Source of the DNA: Botryllus schlosseri
Taxonomy: Eukaryota
Assembly: GCA_051294905.1 (NCBI GenBank)
Contig: CM119372.1
Span: forward strand, 18,478,001 to 18,542,000
Direction of reading: 5' to 3'
DNA: 64,000 nucleotides
Part shown: one piece after another, positions 12,143 to 26,100 of the stretch
Layout of the letters: every line of letters begins with the position of its first letter
Position numbering within the stretch: position 1 is the first letter of the stretch
Translations under genes and position numbers: made by a program
The notes under the pieces: generated by a model
Database searches by the model: none
Seen by the model: the letters and a program-made list of their open reading frames with translations, nothing else
Told to the model about the DNA's origin: nothing

Positions 12143-12721
12143 GCCTAGGCTAAGGAGGGTGTCTGATCTTAAAGGCTACTACAAGTTGTTTCGACACCTT
12201 CCTATCTTTTCATTATATCGCAGTCTTGTGATGTTTTGAAACGATGAAAATATTAATAAACCTTATTGATTGATTGAGGTTGGTTAATAGTTATCTATAG
12301 TGATACTTTGGATACCTGAGTGATACTTGTGATACCTGCGATACCTGAGTATAGCAACAGGGCCCTCGGCTGCGTTCTGCAGCTTTGCATTTGCATTTGC
12401 AGTTGGATTAAAACTTGAATGGTAATGGTGCTGCGCCGATCGACCTGGCATCGGTAGAGTGGTGTTGACTGTTGTTGTAAATTTATAATTGTATATATGA
12501 AATAACGAAAATATGCATGCGATTCGGCAATGTCGGCAAGTCGTTACTGATTTAAGGCTCTTCTCGGTTTAGCGGCTTTATCCTCTAATCATTTTCGTCA
12601 GTTACTTTAATCCCGTACTGCTATACGTGCACAACTGCACTGCAGATGAATCAGAAGCAGTGACGTGCGGCGAGGTTCATGGTTGGTGAGGCAGCTGAGG
12701 TGAGGTCCCATGCCTTCACAG

Positions 12722-13742
12722 TAGGGATGGTGTGAACCTCTGAATCTGAAAGGTTTTGGTTCGTGTGAACGTGAACCTTTTCGAAAGGTTCTATGTGAAC
12801 GCGAACGTGAACCTCATGACGTCATATTGCTAATTACAACCCTACATTTCAATGATGTGATAGCCCATATTTACGTACATTGTATTCATGATACCTAGCG
12901 TCGCCTCGGGTCACACAATGGCACAATGCTGAACTATACATATTGACGTTTTGAACATCGCCACATGTATCAACTGGGGCAATCAAATGATATAATAATT
13001 CCATAAAATCAATGTCTCCCTTGACTTTGCCAACCATTTCGACGAGGACTTGCGAGGGGATATAAGCTTGAGCCGTAACAGTCTAGCTAGGCCAGACCGG
13101 ACAATGTACTCGGCATCTGAGTATTGCTACGTTGATATTGAGCACAGCGTAAAACGGGGGTATATACTTGCTACGGATATTATCCCATTGACAAGTCATA
13201 CAGCTACAAGCAACAAGCCAACCCCCCCATCGCACGGATTTGGTTTTTGTGGTACAATAAACATATGAAATCGAGATTGACCCCGTAGGCCTGCTAGATT
13301 TTTTACATCAGACAACGATATCAATTTCATCGATTGTTTGGATAACCATCATTCGCTGACTACCTACATGTAGTGTATTTCGCTCTTGATGTTTTGTGAC
13401 TGCGGGTCAAGCTCACAGCAGAGAGTCACTAAATATTCACAAACGGAAATATGGATATTTCGAGCAAACTTTTGTAACAAAGCAAGTAAAATTTTTGAGA
13501 TTGTCAAGACGCATGTTCGTTTAGTGTTGAATTTTTATGCTGCCAGCGCCATGCAGAGAGTGGCCCTCAGTTGAAATGCAATAAATTTCAACCAAAGGTG
13601 TTATAATGACGTGAAAATTGTAATATATGAAAAAGGTTCACAGTGCAGAACCTACCAAGGTTCGTTTGTGAACTTGAACCTCGAAATTTCTGAGGTTCAC
13701 ACACAGAACGCGAACGTGAACCTCGCGTTCACACCATCCCTA
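12722..13742. mobile_element. hAT-like MITE, TAGGGATGGTGTGAAC family with GTGAAC repeats
   Basis: TIR TAGGGATGGTGTGAAC; perfect TSD CTTCACAG; full-length relative at 61481-62493; inserted in an older CAGTGACGTGCGG..GAGG hAT terminus at about 12658. Confidence 0.93.
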
Positions 13743-13797
13743 CTTCACAGTCTACTACCTCTTTTTCTGGTATAGGCTACATCCCACGTTACACATT

Positions 13798-13928
13798 AGA
13801 AGAGGAGATGTGTAAAGACTGGGCCTATACTCCAAGTCGTTTCAACACCTTCTTATCTTTTCTTTGTATCGCAGTTCTGTGGTGTTTTAAAATGATAAAA
13901 ATATTTATAAACTGATACTGATACTGAA
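13798..13928 (+). mobile_element. Second LINE 3'-end fragment with (ACTGAT)n tail
   Basis: Similar to 12151-12277 (CAAGT.GTTTC.ACACCTTC.TATCTTTTC..TATCGCAGT..GTG.TGTTTT.AAA.GAT.AAAATATT.ATAAAC). Confidence 0.7.
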
Positions 13929-13974
13929 TTCTCATTTTATAGTGTACCTGTTAATCTAGTTAACATTGAAAATC

Positions 13975-14101
13975 ATGAAGTCGTCGCAAAAGGTTAATCC
14001 GGATCTTCAGAAGGAAAGAGATACGAGAACATTCAATTTGGAGGAATTATCTGACATTCTTGGTGGTGGACATGAGCAACGTTTGAGGAAAAATCAGATT
14101 G
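13975..14101 (+). CDS. ACOX1: ACOX1 coding exon 1 ([15 protein letters not shown]...KNQI)
   Basis: ATG at 13975, NPDL.KER motif, donor G|GTATGT, phase 1. Confidence 0.9.
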
Positions 14102-17100
14102 GTATGTGCTGTGGAACTATTGGCATTCATAACCAGATGTCTGCAAACTGCAAATTGCAGTAATCAGAGTGGTAATACTATTAGAAGGGTTAGTGCAATC
14201 TTGGCGTGAAAAATATGAACAGTAGTTAGTTGCAGAATATGATCACTCGAACTTGGTTCTGCAAGATTTGACTATTGTCTACCAAAAATGTTAAATTCTC
14301 AGTCAGACTGCAGAGTGCAGAACCAGCCATGTAATTGCATACCGTACTTTAAGAGGGTAGTACAAAATGATTAAGGTTAGGGTACCAGTATGGTAAGATA
14401 CGGGTTGGAGGTGATGGATATTAGGCCGGTTGGGTATCCTAACATTAGGGTTGTAAGGAACTTATTCCAGCCCTAATATGCTTTTCCCAACCCTAACATT
14501 ACGGTACCCCAACCCTATCTCCCTATCTCCCTCACCCACCTCCAACCCTAATATAGGGCAAGTTTTTGTTGCACTAAAAACCTGAGAAAATTGCATTTAT
14601 TTTTTTAATTTTAACAAAAGTTGCAGAAGTTGCATTTATACAATTTTTTGAAATCATGAGGGTATGAGATACTCGAAAGGTTCCAGCAGTTTTAAATTTG
14701 CATGGTGTCTGCTTGTTCCGTTTCTTCCTTCGCTATTCAATCGATCATGGTAACATTTTTATTTACATAGGGTTCGCACAATTTACCAGTTAGTTCAGGG
14801 AGTTTCATGACTAACGGAATAGTGGGTATGCCGCAAACCCGAAAAAATTGCTAGGTAAACACGGCATACCCAGTATACCTGCGTCTGGCGCCTATGGTGG
14901 GCCGCATTGTCACTTGAAATCCATTAATTTAGTCTTTAATATAGTTTTATAGCATATTTTGCGCAATACTTGATAAAAGTTGCAGAAAAAAGTTGCATGA
15001 AAAATATAGACAAAAGCTGCAAAAAGTTGCAACATAAAACTCCTCCAAACAGATTAAAACACCATACTACATACATTATGAGTATTTACGAAGCTTCCAG
15101 AAGCTGTAAAAAAAAGTTGCAAAGGTTGCAAAAACTTGCCCTACTAATAACCCTCTCCCCAACCCTAATATCCGTCACCCCCAGCCCTAATACCCCTTTC
15201 CCAAACCCTCTATTTTACATACAATACAGCACCCTCTCCCTAACCCACCTCCAACCCTAATAAGAACCCCCTTCCCCAACCCTAATATCCATCACCCCCA
15301 GCATTAATATTACGGTATCCTAACCACAACCTTCCCCCTAACCCACCCACCTCCTACCCTAATCTTACGATACCCTACCCGCCTTCAACCTTAACGTACC
15401 CATTTACCCCACCCTAACATCCCTAAATCAAACGCGAAAAAGAATTAATCTTGTCTTTTATTAATTTTGGTATGTTCAAGGGAATCATTTATTGGTGATT
15501 ATGGTGATCAGTGTTTGATGTCTGGTCATTATCGAAGAAGCGCCGAAATGCTTGCAAAACAGCTTTGTGCAGAACTTGTACCCTGCAAAACCATGTTATG
15601 TGCTCGGTTTCGTCTGTACCCCTACGAAGATTGTCACCTTACTACTGTAAACATAAAATTTTGAAAGTTGATTTACGATATTCATTCAAAGTGTCAAAAT
15701 TTACTCACAAATACTTTTGCCCAATATTTTCATTGATTTTTTTCTGCTAAAGATGTTCTCTCATTATACAAGATCCTCATGAAAGGGAAACATCTATACT
15801 TACCCCGACCTAGTAGTAATCTAACTAAGACTATTGCCTACTCAGTACCTATATCATTTGGAATGTGCTACTGCAGGGGGGTAATTCAGGGGTTTCTGGT
15901 CGGGAACAGACATACTTGCTAAGTAAATACATATAGTAAGGGCATTTTATGAAATATTTCACAAATCTGTGAACTATATTGTTACCAAACAATTTCTTCA
16001 CCAATATGTCTGTCAAGGTCTCTTATAACTCGTGTTAAAATGTTGAAGTTCAACTCTTGTGGGAAACCCAGAAAAAAAATCTGTTAAAATTGACAAATTT
16101 GAAAAAATAAAATAAAATTAAAAAATTGAAAAATATATCTTCATCGGCTATAAGTAACTAAGGATGGGTTTAATAATGGTTTTTCATACTTCTCAATTGA
16201 TTGTTAAAATTTACATGTTAGTACAGACTGTTTTGTGGAAATATATGTAAAAGTAATGGCACTGACGGCATAGTTAAACCGTCATAAGTACACTGTTCAG
16301 TAATTCGATACCGAATGATTCAACAAATTCTGTGTATGTTCTGTAATACTGGGTAAAACACACATATATAGGCTTAAAACCAGTACAGTAATTCCTCAAA
16401 TACAGTACTAAGCCATACAGCAAGGGCTAAAACGCTATTTTCTGTATCATTCCGTTCTGTAAGATGGACGCAATTGGACCAAAGTAAAAAAGTGACTATG
16501 GACCGAGCACGGCCTTATGTGAGTTCATCGTCGATTGTTACTGAATGGCAGAGATGAGCGGATTTGAAATTTCTATGTCCTAATCCAAATCCGAACCTTC
16601 AAATCCAAATCCTAATCCATAACTTTTTCATATTCAAGTCCATGTCCAATCCTAATCCGATTCCAACTGGAAATTCAGAAAAAATACTAATTTATGCAAT
16701 GGAGGAATTCGAAATTTTTCTGTCACAACCAACGATTCACTTGATTCAAGATAACTTAGTAACCATAAGTACATTAATAACTGATCTGAATAAAGTTTGT
16801 CGCCATTCGCCACACGTCATTTCAATCTCCCAGAAAATCGGTCAATCCAATCCGAAATCCTAATCCGTTCTGAAAAAAATTTCTAATCCAAATCCGACAA
16901 AATTTCACAAATCCTGTTTTTTCAAAACCTAATCCTAATCCATGCTCATCTCTGCTGAATGGATCGTCGCTGTTTCACCATAATTAATGCTCTATGGCTC
17001 ATGGATCAGCCTCTCATCTATCCACGTAACACACTATGAGCAGCGGTTTGGGTATTTAAAGCCAACGATCCTGAGTTTCAACATTCCAACTGGAATGGCT

Positions 17101-20100
17101 GGATGAAGAGAATCAATGCTAATAATGCAAAACAGCGAACACAGATCGAGTCCCTTCCAGTTATTGAAGGAGACCCCGATGACTTCAAAACCTTATTCAC
17201 CACTCTTAAAGAGTGCACACATTGCGCTGGGGTCGCTATAGTGACCGTCGATCGTTCGATTCGACAGAAGGCTATAGATATAACGAAGCAGACAAATTTA
17301 CCAGTCATTCCGAGGTTGGGTGGTGTTCACTTATTGAAATGTTATCTTGGATCAATTGGTAACAACATGGAATATTCTCGGCTACTAGATGTGATCCAGT
17401 TGATCTATGCTGGAAGCACAACAACCAGCAACATCATGGATGGAGGATGTTTTGACAAGGCAATCCGTGCTCACCTCCTCATCGATGCAGCTATCTATCA
17501 TCATAACATGGAAATTGCGTTAACTGAGGATAAGCGTGCTGGCGAAGTGAAGTCCTTTGTGGAAAAGGTGGCTGACGGGAAAATGGTAGCAAGACACTCT
17601 GACCCTGCAGTGCGAGTATTTGAGCAAAGGTTTGAAGAAATGTTCAATCGATTCGCAAAAAGAGGAAGATAACCTGCACTCTGGGTGGAGTACCACCACA
17701 TGGTAGATATGCCCAAGGTTTTTTATCAGAACCGAGTGACTCACAGATCACAATGGAAATCTGTCCTGCAATGTTACCAAGATGCTTCACACCTGCAGGC
17801 CATCATCAGTGGTTCTCAAACTTTTTGCGACACGCCCCTTGATGATAGTAAAAATTTTCGCCCCCCTCTTATCGTCGCATCAAAAAAATATTTAAAAGAG
17901 CAACCTGTATGTTTGCAATCCCAATGCATTGTTTGGTGGCGCGGGAGGTAATATGACTGTTCACTGTTCAGACACTTTTCAAATATGGAGTTCCAGTTGA
18001 ATACTTTGAATAATTTATTAAACAAAGCCGTGTGCAATGATAACATGTAGCACATAGATATTTTAACAATTTTGGTACCTAACCCATTCTATTGCACTTG
18101 AGCTTAGCTCGGACGGACCTGACCACAACTTAAATCAAAGACCAATGCCAGCTCCACGCAGGGTTGTAATGACTCGAGTCATTTTCTGAAAATACGAAAA
18201 TGACTCGACTCGAGTTGATCTATGTATTGACTCAACTTGGACTCGAGTCATAGCGCATGACTCGAACCAAATCATTTGACTCGAGACTCAGACGGCCAAG
18301 ACCGACATTTCATTGTAATTTCGAGGAATAGTAAAGTAGCTACCCTATTGGGATTTCGTCTATGGGTACTGATACTTGAAAATGAACCAAAAACTGATAA
18401 AAGAGAGGAAGATTAGTATATTACAAATGCGAACCATTCGATATCACCAAGCAGAGTTATAAAAGTGGGTTTAACAAGACTTTAACTGGAAACCGAACAG
18501 TCCACACAATGCCTTGAACTCGTACTCGAGTCATAATACCATGACTCGGACTCGACCTTCTGCTCGATGACTTGGACTCGGACTTGACTCAGTGGTGAAT
18601 TGAAAATGACTCGGCTTGACTCGAGTCAAAACTATAAACGGGAGATTGACTTGTGACTCGGTTACAACCCTGCCTACACGCATTTACCAGTTACACGTCA
18701 TTCAGGGAGATCTTCTTATTAGTGCAAGGTTCGGTATCACTCAAAATCTAGCATCAGTGTGTGGATGGTACGGCGGAATTATGACATTTCAAATCGAGAT
18801 ATAGGCACAATTAGGGTTCTTGCCATTGTTGAAACTTGGAAGTTTCAGCTCAAATTAAACCCATTCCGAGTTCAAGAAAACCATTACTCTCAGGCGGCTT
18901 CGAGCCTCACCTCAGATGCTTCCACGACCCCCACCGCCAGTTTGAGAACCACTGCATTAGAACGTCTGCCGCCCACGGGAAACCACGTTGGTGAACCGAG
19001 CAGAAGAAGAATGAGCAACAGCTTTTCTGGCCACAGATGTTGCGTGATCACTCTCAGTCATCTGTCAGATGTCAACCGGCGAATGGAGGAGGACGTCAGT
19101 AGACATTTACCCATTCACAGAGACCTTACCAAGACACAGACGAAGCGAGATGCAGGGGCCATTGAATTCGAAATACTGAGGGAGCAGCTGAAGTTAGGAG
19201 GGCTATTGGCCATGCAGATCAACCTGGATGGAAAATCAGTGACGTCGACCATGGTTGTAATTTCAAAGGTGAAAGCCCTGTCATCGCAAAGAACATGTTC
19301 TAAGGTTTACGAGATGAACATTTACATTGACTCATTGAAGTTGTTCAACCGACTGATCATTTTCAGTTTTTCACCCAGCGGGATATGGATGTTGCGACAA
19401 GCTTACAGTATGAACAAGGCTACCAAAGTCGAATTTTCGAATACAACCCTGTAGGCCTTAACTGACCCACTTGACTTGACTAACCAACCATCCTGTACCC
19501 TCAAAATTGATGATGGATGGCTTCTGTACATGGTGAAGTGGGAACAACGTCAGACATCACAGGTTATTGCCAACAATTAGCCTACCCAAGCTACGTGCAG
19601 TACCTGGGCCGTTGCTTTCAGAATATCATTGTGGTCATTGACGGTTACAACAGTTCACCGAAAGATACAACATGTTCTCAAACAAGACAGCGGCAGAAAT
19701 GATCAAACCATATACACTACCTGTAAAAGAGGGTGCAGCTGCACAACGTCAACTCCACGAGTAGCCTATCTGCAGACCCGGGATTGGATTCTTTTACAGA
19801 ACATGACGGATGGACAATAGGCGTGCATGGATATGAGCCAGTTCCAACACTGGAGCCGTTGGCTCCTGATGAGCTATTGTAGTTCACAAGCTGTAGTTGT
19901 CATAAAGATTGCAACGACCGAATATACAGCTGCAAGAAGGATCAGGTCACCTGTATTTCGGCCTGTGGAGTATATAAAGGGCTTATAATGCAAAAATTGC
20001 AGTCCCGACGATGTTGAGTCCGAAGAAGGCATAGACATTGCCTGTTGAAATGTCTGATATTGTGCATGAGAAACAAGCTACCTCTTCTGTGAACACTGGA

Positions 20101-23100
20101 CATAGCTATGTGAAATAAAGACTATTTTGCGCATGAAGAGGGAAGTGGATGTGGCGTTTTTCACAAAGCAGTGCCGGTAATGAAATATAAGTGTTAACAA
20201 TCAATTGAGAAACATGGAAAACTATTAATAAACCCGTTTTTAGCTACTTATGGGCGATAAAGATTTTTTTTAATTTTATTTATTTATTTTTAATTCGTCA
20301 AATTTAACAGCTTTTTGGGGGGGTTTCCCACAAGAGTTGAACTTCAACATTTTAACACATGTTAGTACACACCTTAACAAACATACTGGTGAAGAAATTT
20401 ATTGGTAACAATATAGTTCACAGATTTTCATAAGTTTCCCTTACTAATACAATATATAAACATATAAGGTGGTATAATACCACAATTGAAGTGAAAAGAA
20501 ATTACGACCATAGTTAACTCTACCGTACCTCGGATTCACGTTTGTTCACAAAAATTATGAGGCATTGCCATGATCATTGGTTTTCTTTACTTGTGTCGTC
20601 ACAATCAAACCTTGGTTTTAACGTCCTTACGAAACAAGGTCTTACCAAATTTTATTGGAGGGAGCAGTTTTAAGGATTGGATAGAGGAGTTTTAGGTTGT
20701 GGGAATTAAAGACCCGACAAAAATCAGAAGAGGAATGAAGGAAGAAAGGTTGGAAACCACTGCGCTACCGCAACATATCCGTAATCAGATGTCTTGCTAA
20801 ATGATAGATTTAATGCAAATTTACCTGATTAGCTCTTATCATCATATTGACACTGATACTATACGTCTATACCAGAGGTCTCAAACTCAAATGTGCTCGC
20901 GAGCCAATTTCTTAGTTTTGATGACGCCGCGGGCCGCGCCACTAATAATAGGGATATTCAACGCAGAATTTCCAAGTATATAGGCCTTATTTGACTGGAA
21001 CTTGAGGACAGGCATTCCAGAAACATCATGAATATGTAATTTACTATTGTACTATTCACGCTTGACACGGAAAAAATCATTATTTCAAATATTTGAATAA
21101 AATTGATTGCATGTCGGCCATTATTTGTTCAAATAATGAGTTATAGACAATTAGACATCATGCGAGACGATGCATCATGACCAATGTTCCCTCTAAGCTA
21201 CGCACGTGCGCAATTGCGCAGTGCTGACAAGGTCTCTGCGCACAGAAAGTCTAAGTTGCTGCGCACAAAAAATCCGAAGTGATGACCTTTTTTTTTAGTC
21301 GATACGCACTGTTGTCCAAGGGTCTGGGCAGATGCGTCAACAATTAGAGAGAGCATTGATCATGACATCGTCAAACTGTCGGGTTTTAATATTGCAGCTA
21401 GTGGACCTTTGACGTGCCACAATTTTATGTAGAATATTTCAAAATCTACTGAAGATTGATCTGATATCAGAGCATTTGAGCGGTGTAGCCTAATCCGGGC
21501 TATGATGTAGTGATAAGTAGGCTATTGTTACTATGTCATTGCCAAAGTCAAATTAAATCAGCGTCAGATTTTGCCTTCGAATAATTTTGGAACATATCAA
21601 TAACAACTTGAATATAATCATTGTTAAGCCATAGTAATAGCATTGTTTCTTAACCTTAGCGATCGTATACCTCGTGCTTCCAATAAGATTTCTCGTATCC
21701 CCTGTTCATTTCCAACACAATTTCTGAATGTACCTATATTAAAATTAGAAAGCCCATACACGTAAAATCGCGCCTAGCGCGAATACCATTTTCCAGTTGA
21801 GTAAATTGGTCAAGAAAATATTCACCAGCATATAGGCCTAATTCCACAATGCATCTCGTAACCCATGATGTTGTGCTCCGTGCCACGAAGGGGTCTACGG
21901 ACCCTGGTTAAGAATAGAAATGTCCAATCGCCGATGAATTCATTGGTGTTACAGCTGTGGAGCGTACTACTACCTTACTCGCCACCGATAATAACATGGA
22001 TAAAGAGATCAGACAACACCTAGCATGTAACCAACTATACGTCACGGGGGTCACATATAATGCCAATGGTTGCCATACTGACCTGATTAGATAGCTATAT
22101 ATACCCTATTCAACGCAAGCTACTACCTTTTGATATATAACTATTCCCCATGACAGTTTCATAGATTGTTACGTCCGTAGGATTGCCAAGTCACCGTTTC
22201 GCGTCGCAAATCTTCCTCCGATTTTAACGTTTGACTCGACTCCACTCGAGTCATTTTTATTTAATCACCCAGTCAATCCGAAATCGAGTAATTTTACGAA
22301 AGATCGCACCAAACCAAATCACATTATTTTCAGTCACGAATCATCAACGGGTCATGTTTTATCATCATGAACTGGAAATGTTGCGTAATAGCTGATCTTA
22401 TACCGCATGGTAGCTTTTAAAAGTGATGTGATAGTGTAGTTTGTTGAGATTTCAGTGTCTTTATAGCAGTTTTAGGTTGAACTTCAAGTTCTTATATCTA
22501 AAAAAGATGTGGCACTGGAATATATTGTCGAATACTTGAAATTCCAAAATGCCGTCGCGGGCCGCGTATTTGAGACCTCTGATCTATACCTAACCCAGAC
22601 TTGCTCTTGATTTTATATGTTTACTGCTATAAGTTGCCTATAATTACTATTATGCAGAGAAAGTGTACTAGTTTGACACGGGTGTGATCAGACTAGTTAA
22701 TCACCAAGGTCGTATTGAACATTCCTATATGATACCAAATACTGTGTTATGGTTTTTGTCTTCCCACATCATTGTTGTTGCTGTTTGCTTGTTATGTAAT
22801 TCGGTTGGATGAAAATAAAACTCTTTCTCTCTCTCTCTCTCTCTCTCCCACCCAATGTTTAGAATATTAGCATTTTCTGTAGCCCTATCGATGTGACTGG
22901 CACGAAAGCCTACAATGTTTCAATAATGCGGCCTCCCTGTGAATCTTTTGGACGATAGAACCATAGAAAGTTAGTTCGATCCATGTGCATATCCTATCAA
23001 ACGTAATTAATTTTTAATTAATGAACGAGTCCATTCCTTATCAGCTGCAGCGGTCGAGAATGATGTCGAATATAACGGACCTGACCCAGCATTCCTGTCG

Positions 23101-26100
23101 AGAATGGAACGGTTTGAAGAGTGGATGAGAAGGTCTTCTTTACTTGTCCGAAAGAAGGATGATCTTGGGGAGCTGATACAAGACCACAAGGATTTTGTCA
23201 ATTACAACACGTGCGTGAATGATATCGTCAGTGATGACTGAATGATAATGGTTCATATTGTGTATTCCATGTAGGTATGTTACGAAGAAGAGACCCAACG
23301 TCTTTTTCGATTTGCACTTTGGTATGTTTGTGCCGACATTGATGGGTCAGGCGTCTGAGGAACAGAAAGAAAAATGGTTGATCCCATCGCTGAATCATGA
23401 AATGATTGGAACTTATGCCCAAACTGAGATGGGACATGGTTAGTCCTATTGTAATTGCTCCGTTTACTGCTCTAAATTGTCAGTGTTATGATGCAATGTC
23501 ATCGATGATTGCAAACATTGTCAAACTTTGGCAAAAGGACAACTTCAGAAAAGCAAACAACTACGCTTGGTGCCTACATATGATTACCTCGTCATACTTT
23601 GGTTGATTATTAATCTGCATTGTCAAACAGTAGATTTTGGGGTCATAGGATCATAGTAACCCGTACGGGTTTGCTTGCCACTGTTGAGCTTTAACCTACT
23701 TTAGGCACATTCCTACGAGGATTAGAAACGACTGCGCATTACGATGCGACAAGGCAGGAATTTATTCTTCACTCACCGACAACGACATCCATCAAATGGT
23801 GGCCTGGAACATGTAAGCTGCCTGTGTCTCTCATGGACTTTCAAAATATTAATATTAATATGAAATATGTTCAGTGGGAAAGACAGCAACACATGCTGTC
23901 GTGATGGCGCAGCTTTATACAAAAGGCGTTTGTCACGGAATTCATGCATTTATGTTGCAACTTCGTAGTCTTGAAGATCACAGGTCGTTGCCAGGTGTGG
24001 ACTTTAGCCATTTGTGTTTCTGTTTGTCTAACCTTGCGCCGCAAACTGCGATTCAATGTGTGATGATGTACTATTGTTGTCACAAGTGATGTCTTACCAG
24101 ACCATGACCTCAGCGGCTTTCGACAAAGCCAATTTGTGGTTCTATGTGCCTTCGATGCACAATGGGCAACTCACCTCGAGACAATGCAAATTATGACTCA
24201 AGTCAAGTCACGTAAATATTCACTTCGACTCGTGCCAAGTCATCTGAAATTTTCCGATTTTGAGTCAATTCCAAGTCACTAAATATTTTCATTATCAAGT
24301 CAATCAATAGTTAATGTGCAGATGCATAAGCAAATGCATATATGCTTGCACTAGATCACGGATTACTTTTGTAAGTTGCTGAGAACGCTGCTTACAGTAG
24401 CTCATGAATACTCTGCTAGTATATGCTATTTCAATGTAAGCGCCTTATATTGTCTGGAAGGATATATAAAATCTATAGGCTGTCTGTATAGAGGACTAAG
24501 AATGTTTGAACATGTAGGGTAAATTTGATACATAATTTCATCAAATTGGCACAGAAAAGGCAAACTTCTGTTTTTCGTAAAAAAATTATCTATTATATGT
24601 GTAGACCTACTATATTTGTGTTCTTAGGATTCTATGCACTGCACTCCTATCTCTAAATTCCACACAGTGTGGATTTGAATACGACAACCAACTTCTGATT
24701 AGAAAAGTATGTCATAATTCCAAAACTATTGCCCATCATTGGCGCTTGTAAATCGTATTGACAATGTCGCATATGGTAGCCTACTGCCCAATATGGATGC
24801 AGATTTCAGGCATATGTGACACGCTTTGCAGAGCCTCTGCTAATTTTGCACTTAACTATAACCTACTTCATGGGTTAACCGTGTCAAAAAATTAAATGGA
24901 AATTGATCTGGTAAAAAAGGATTAGTACTGATGACATGGTCATTGGTCACGTGGTCACTTCTCACTGCGGCCGAGAAAATTAGAATGCTTTGTGAAGTGC
25001 AATATTTAGCGATTTTACATGACTCGACAATTTGACTCCTGGCCAGGAGTCCATATCATATTTCTCATACTTCAAGTCCAAGTCGAGCCAATTTAGGGTA
25101 GTGACTCGAGTCAAATCATTCGAGAAATGTGACTCTAGTCAAGTCATGACATGGTCATCCTTGCACTGCTATGACTACAGCCTGATCTACAGTGGTGATC
25201 AGTTTCAAAGTTCTACTTTATTGAAGTACTCACGTGGGCATTGTCTTCATTGATTACGTATCCAAATGCTTGTGTCTTTCCACTTTTACTTTATACATTC
25301 TTGATTTCATCAAGCGTCACATTTATGACTGAAATCGTCTTACAACCGGGCGAGGCATCACGGTGGGACAATTGTAATTTTGAAAATTGCACTATTCTGG
25401 TGCAGTAGTATCACCAAAGCACACCGGTATTGCAATTTTGAAAGCTGTTAGCGGTGATTGACGCGTCTACCGTATCCGTATCTTCAGACTACTGAGTACT
25501 ATCAAGTATCAATGACTTCTTTGACCACCTTTGGTCCTTTGCTATTAGGCCAAATTTGATTGTGAAAAACATGAATATTCCCATTATAATCCTTGAATTA
25601 GTCATGTTATTCTGTTTCAATTACACTCTTCCAACTGCTGGTCAGTAATAAAGTAGACCTACTTTTGATATTCCTGCTTCAGTCTTTGTATGAAGATAAC
25701 CGTGGAGTTTTGGATTCTCTTGGATTCGTGGATTCTCTTGGAGTTTTGAAAGCTGTTGTGTCGTTTGGAACCATTCTGAACCCTGTGTTTACCACTTTTT
25801 AGGCATAACCCTTGGAGATATCGGGCCAAAGTTTGGTTACAATGAAAACGACAACGGATTCCTGAAAATGGATCATGTCAGAATACCTTTGGGCAATATG
25901 TTGATGAAGAACGCTCAGGTATGTTTACGTTTTGCCGCTTTCAGTCCTCGTATATTTCTCTGTAATTGTCCGTTTCCAAGGTCTTGCCTGACGGCACCTA
26001 TGTGAAAGCGTCTAGGAAGGAACTGACGTATGGCACGATGACGCTTGTGAGAAGCTTTATCGTGAGGAACTCTGCATTTTTTCTGGCGGAAGCCTGCACC

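Larger units (their letters stand above)
9340..12277 (+). mobile_element. CR1/L2-type LINE 3' end, split by two DNA-transposon insertions
   Basis: ORF2 C-terminus FNDYF..HKYSTR...SIKYAGPQLW|KSVSPAIRQSSSMSAFKSKYKQFLL* spans the 9489-10081 insert. The 3' UTR resumes after 12150 with a GGAGGGTGTC..GACACCTTCC stem-loop, AATAAA and an (ATTG)n tail. Confidence 0.75.
15934..20446 (+). mobile_element. Decayed Academ DNA transposon in ACOX1 intron 1
   Basis: TIRs of about 300 bp starting TAGTAAGGG / CCCTTACTA and a 3-bp TSD ATA. Transposase remnants include IVTVD...[20 protein letters not shown]...IYAG...[14 protein letters not shown] and a C-terminal Cys cluster ([17 protein letters not shown]...CISACG) at about 19880-20000. 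Confidence 0.88.

Noticed and set aside
14371..15430. True telomere or chromosome fusion site
   Set aside because: Hexamers are not in pure tandem array, and the tract lies within an intron of an intact gene
16564..16863. Duplicated small ORF (also 35617-35838) as a gene pair
   Set aside because: Both lie wholly within copies of the CAGAGATGAGC MITE, and the NPNP content comes from AATCC repeats
18759..19454. 231-aa ORF as an independent gene
   Set aside because: Lies inside the Academ TIRs; it is a mosaic of in-frame and out-of-frame transposase remnants
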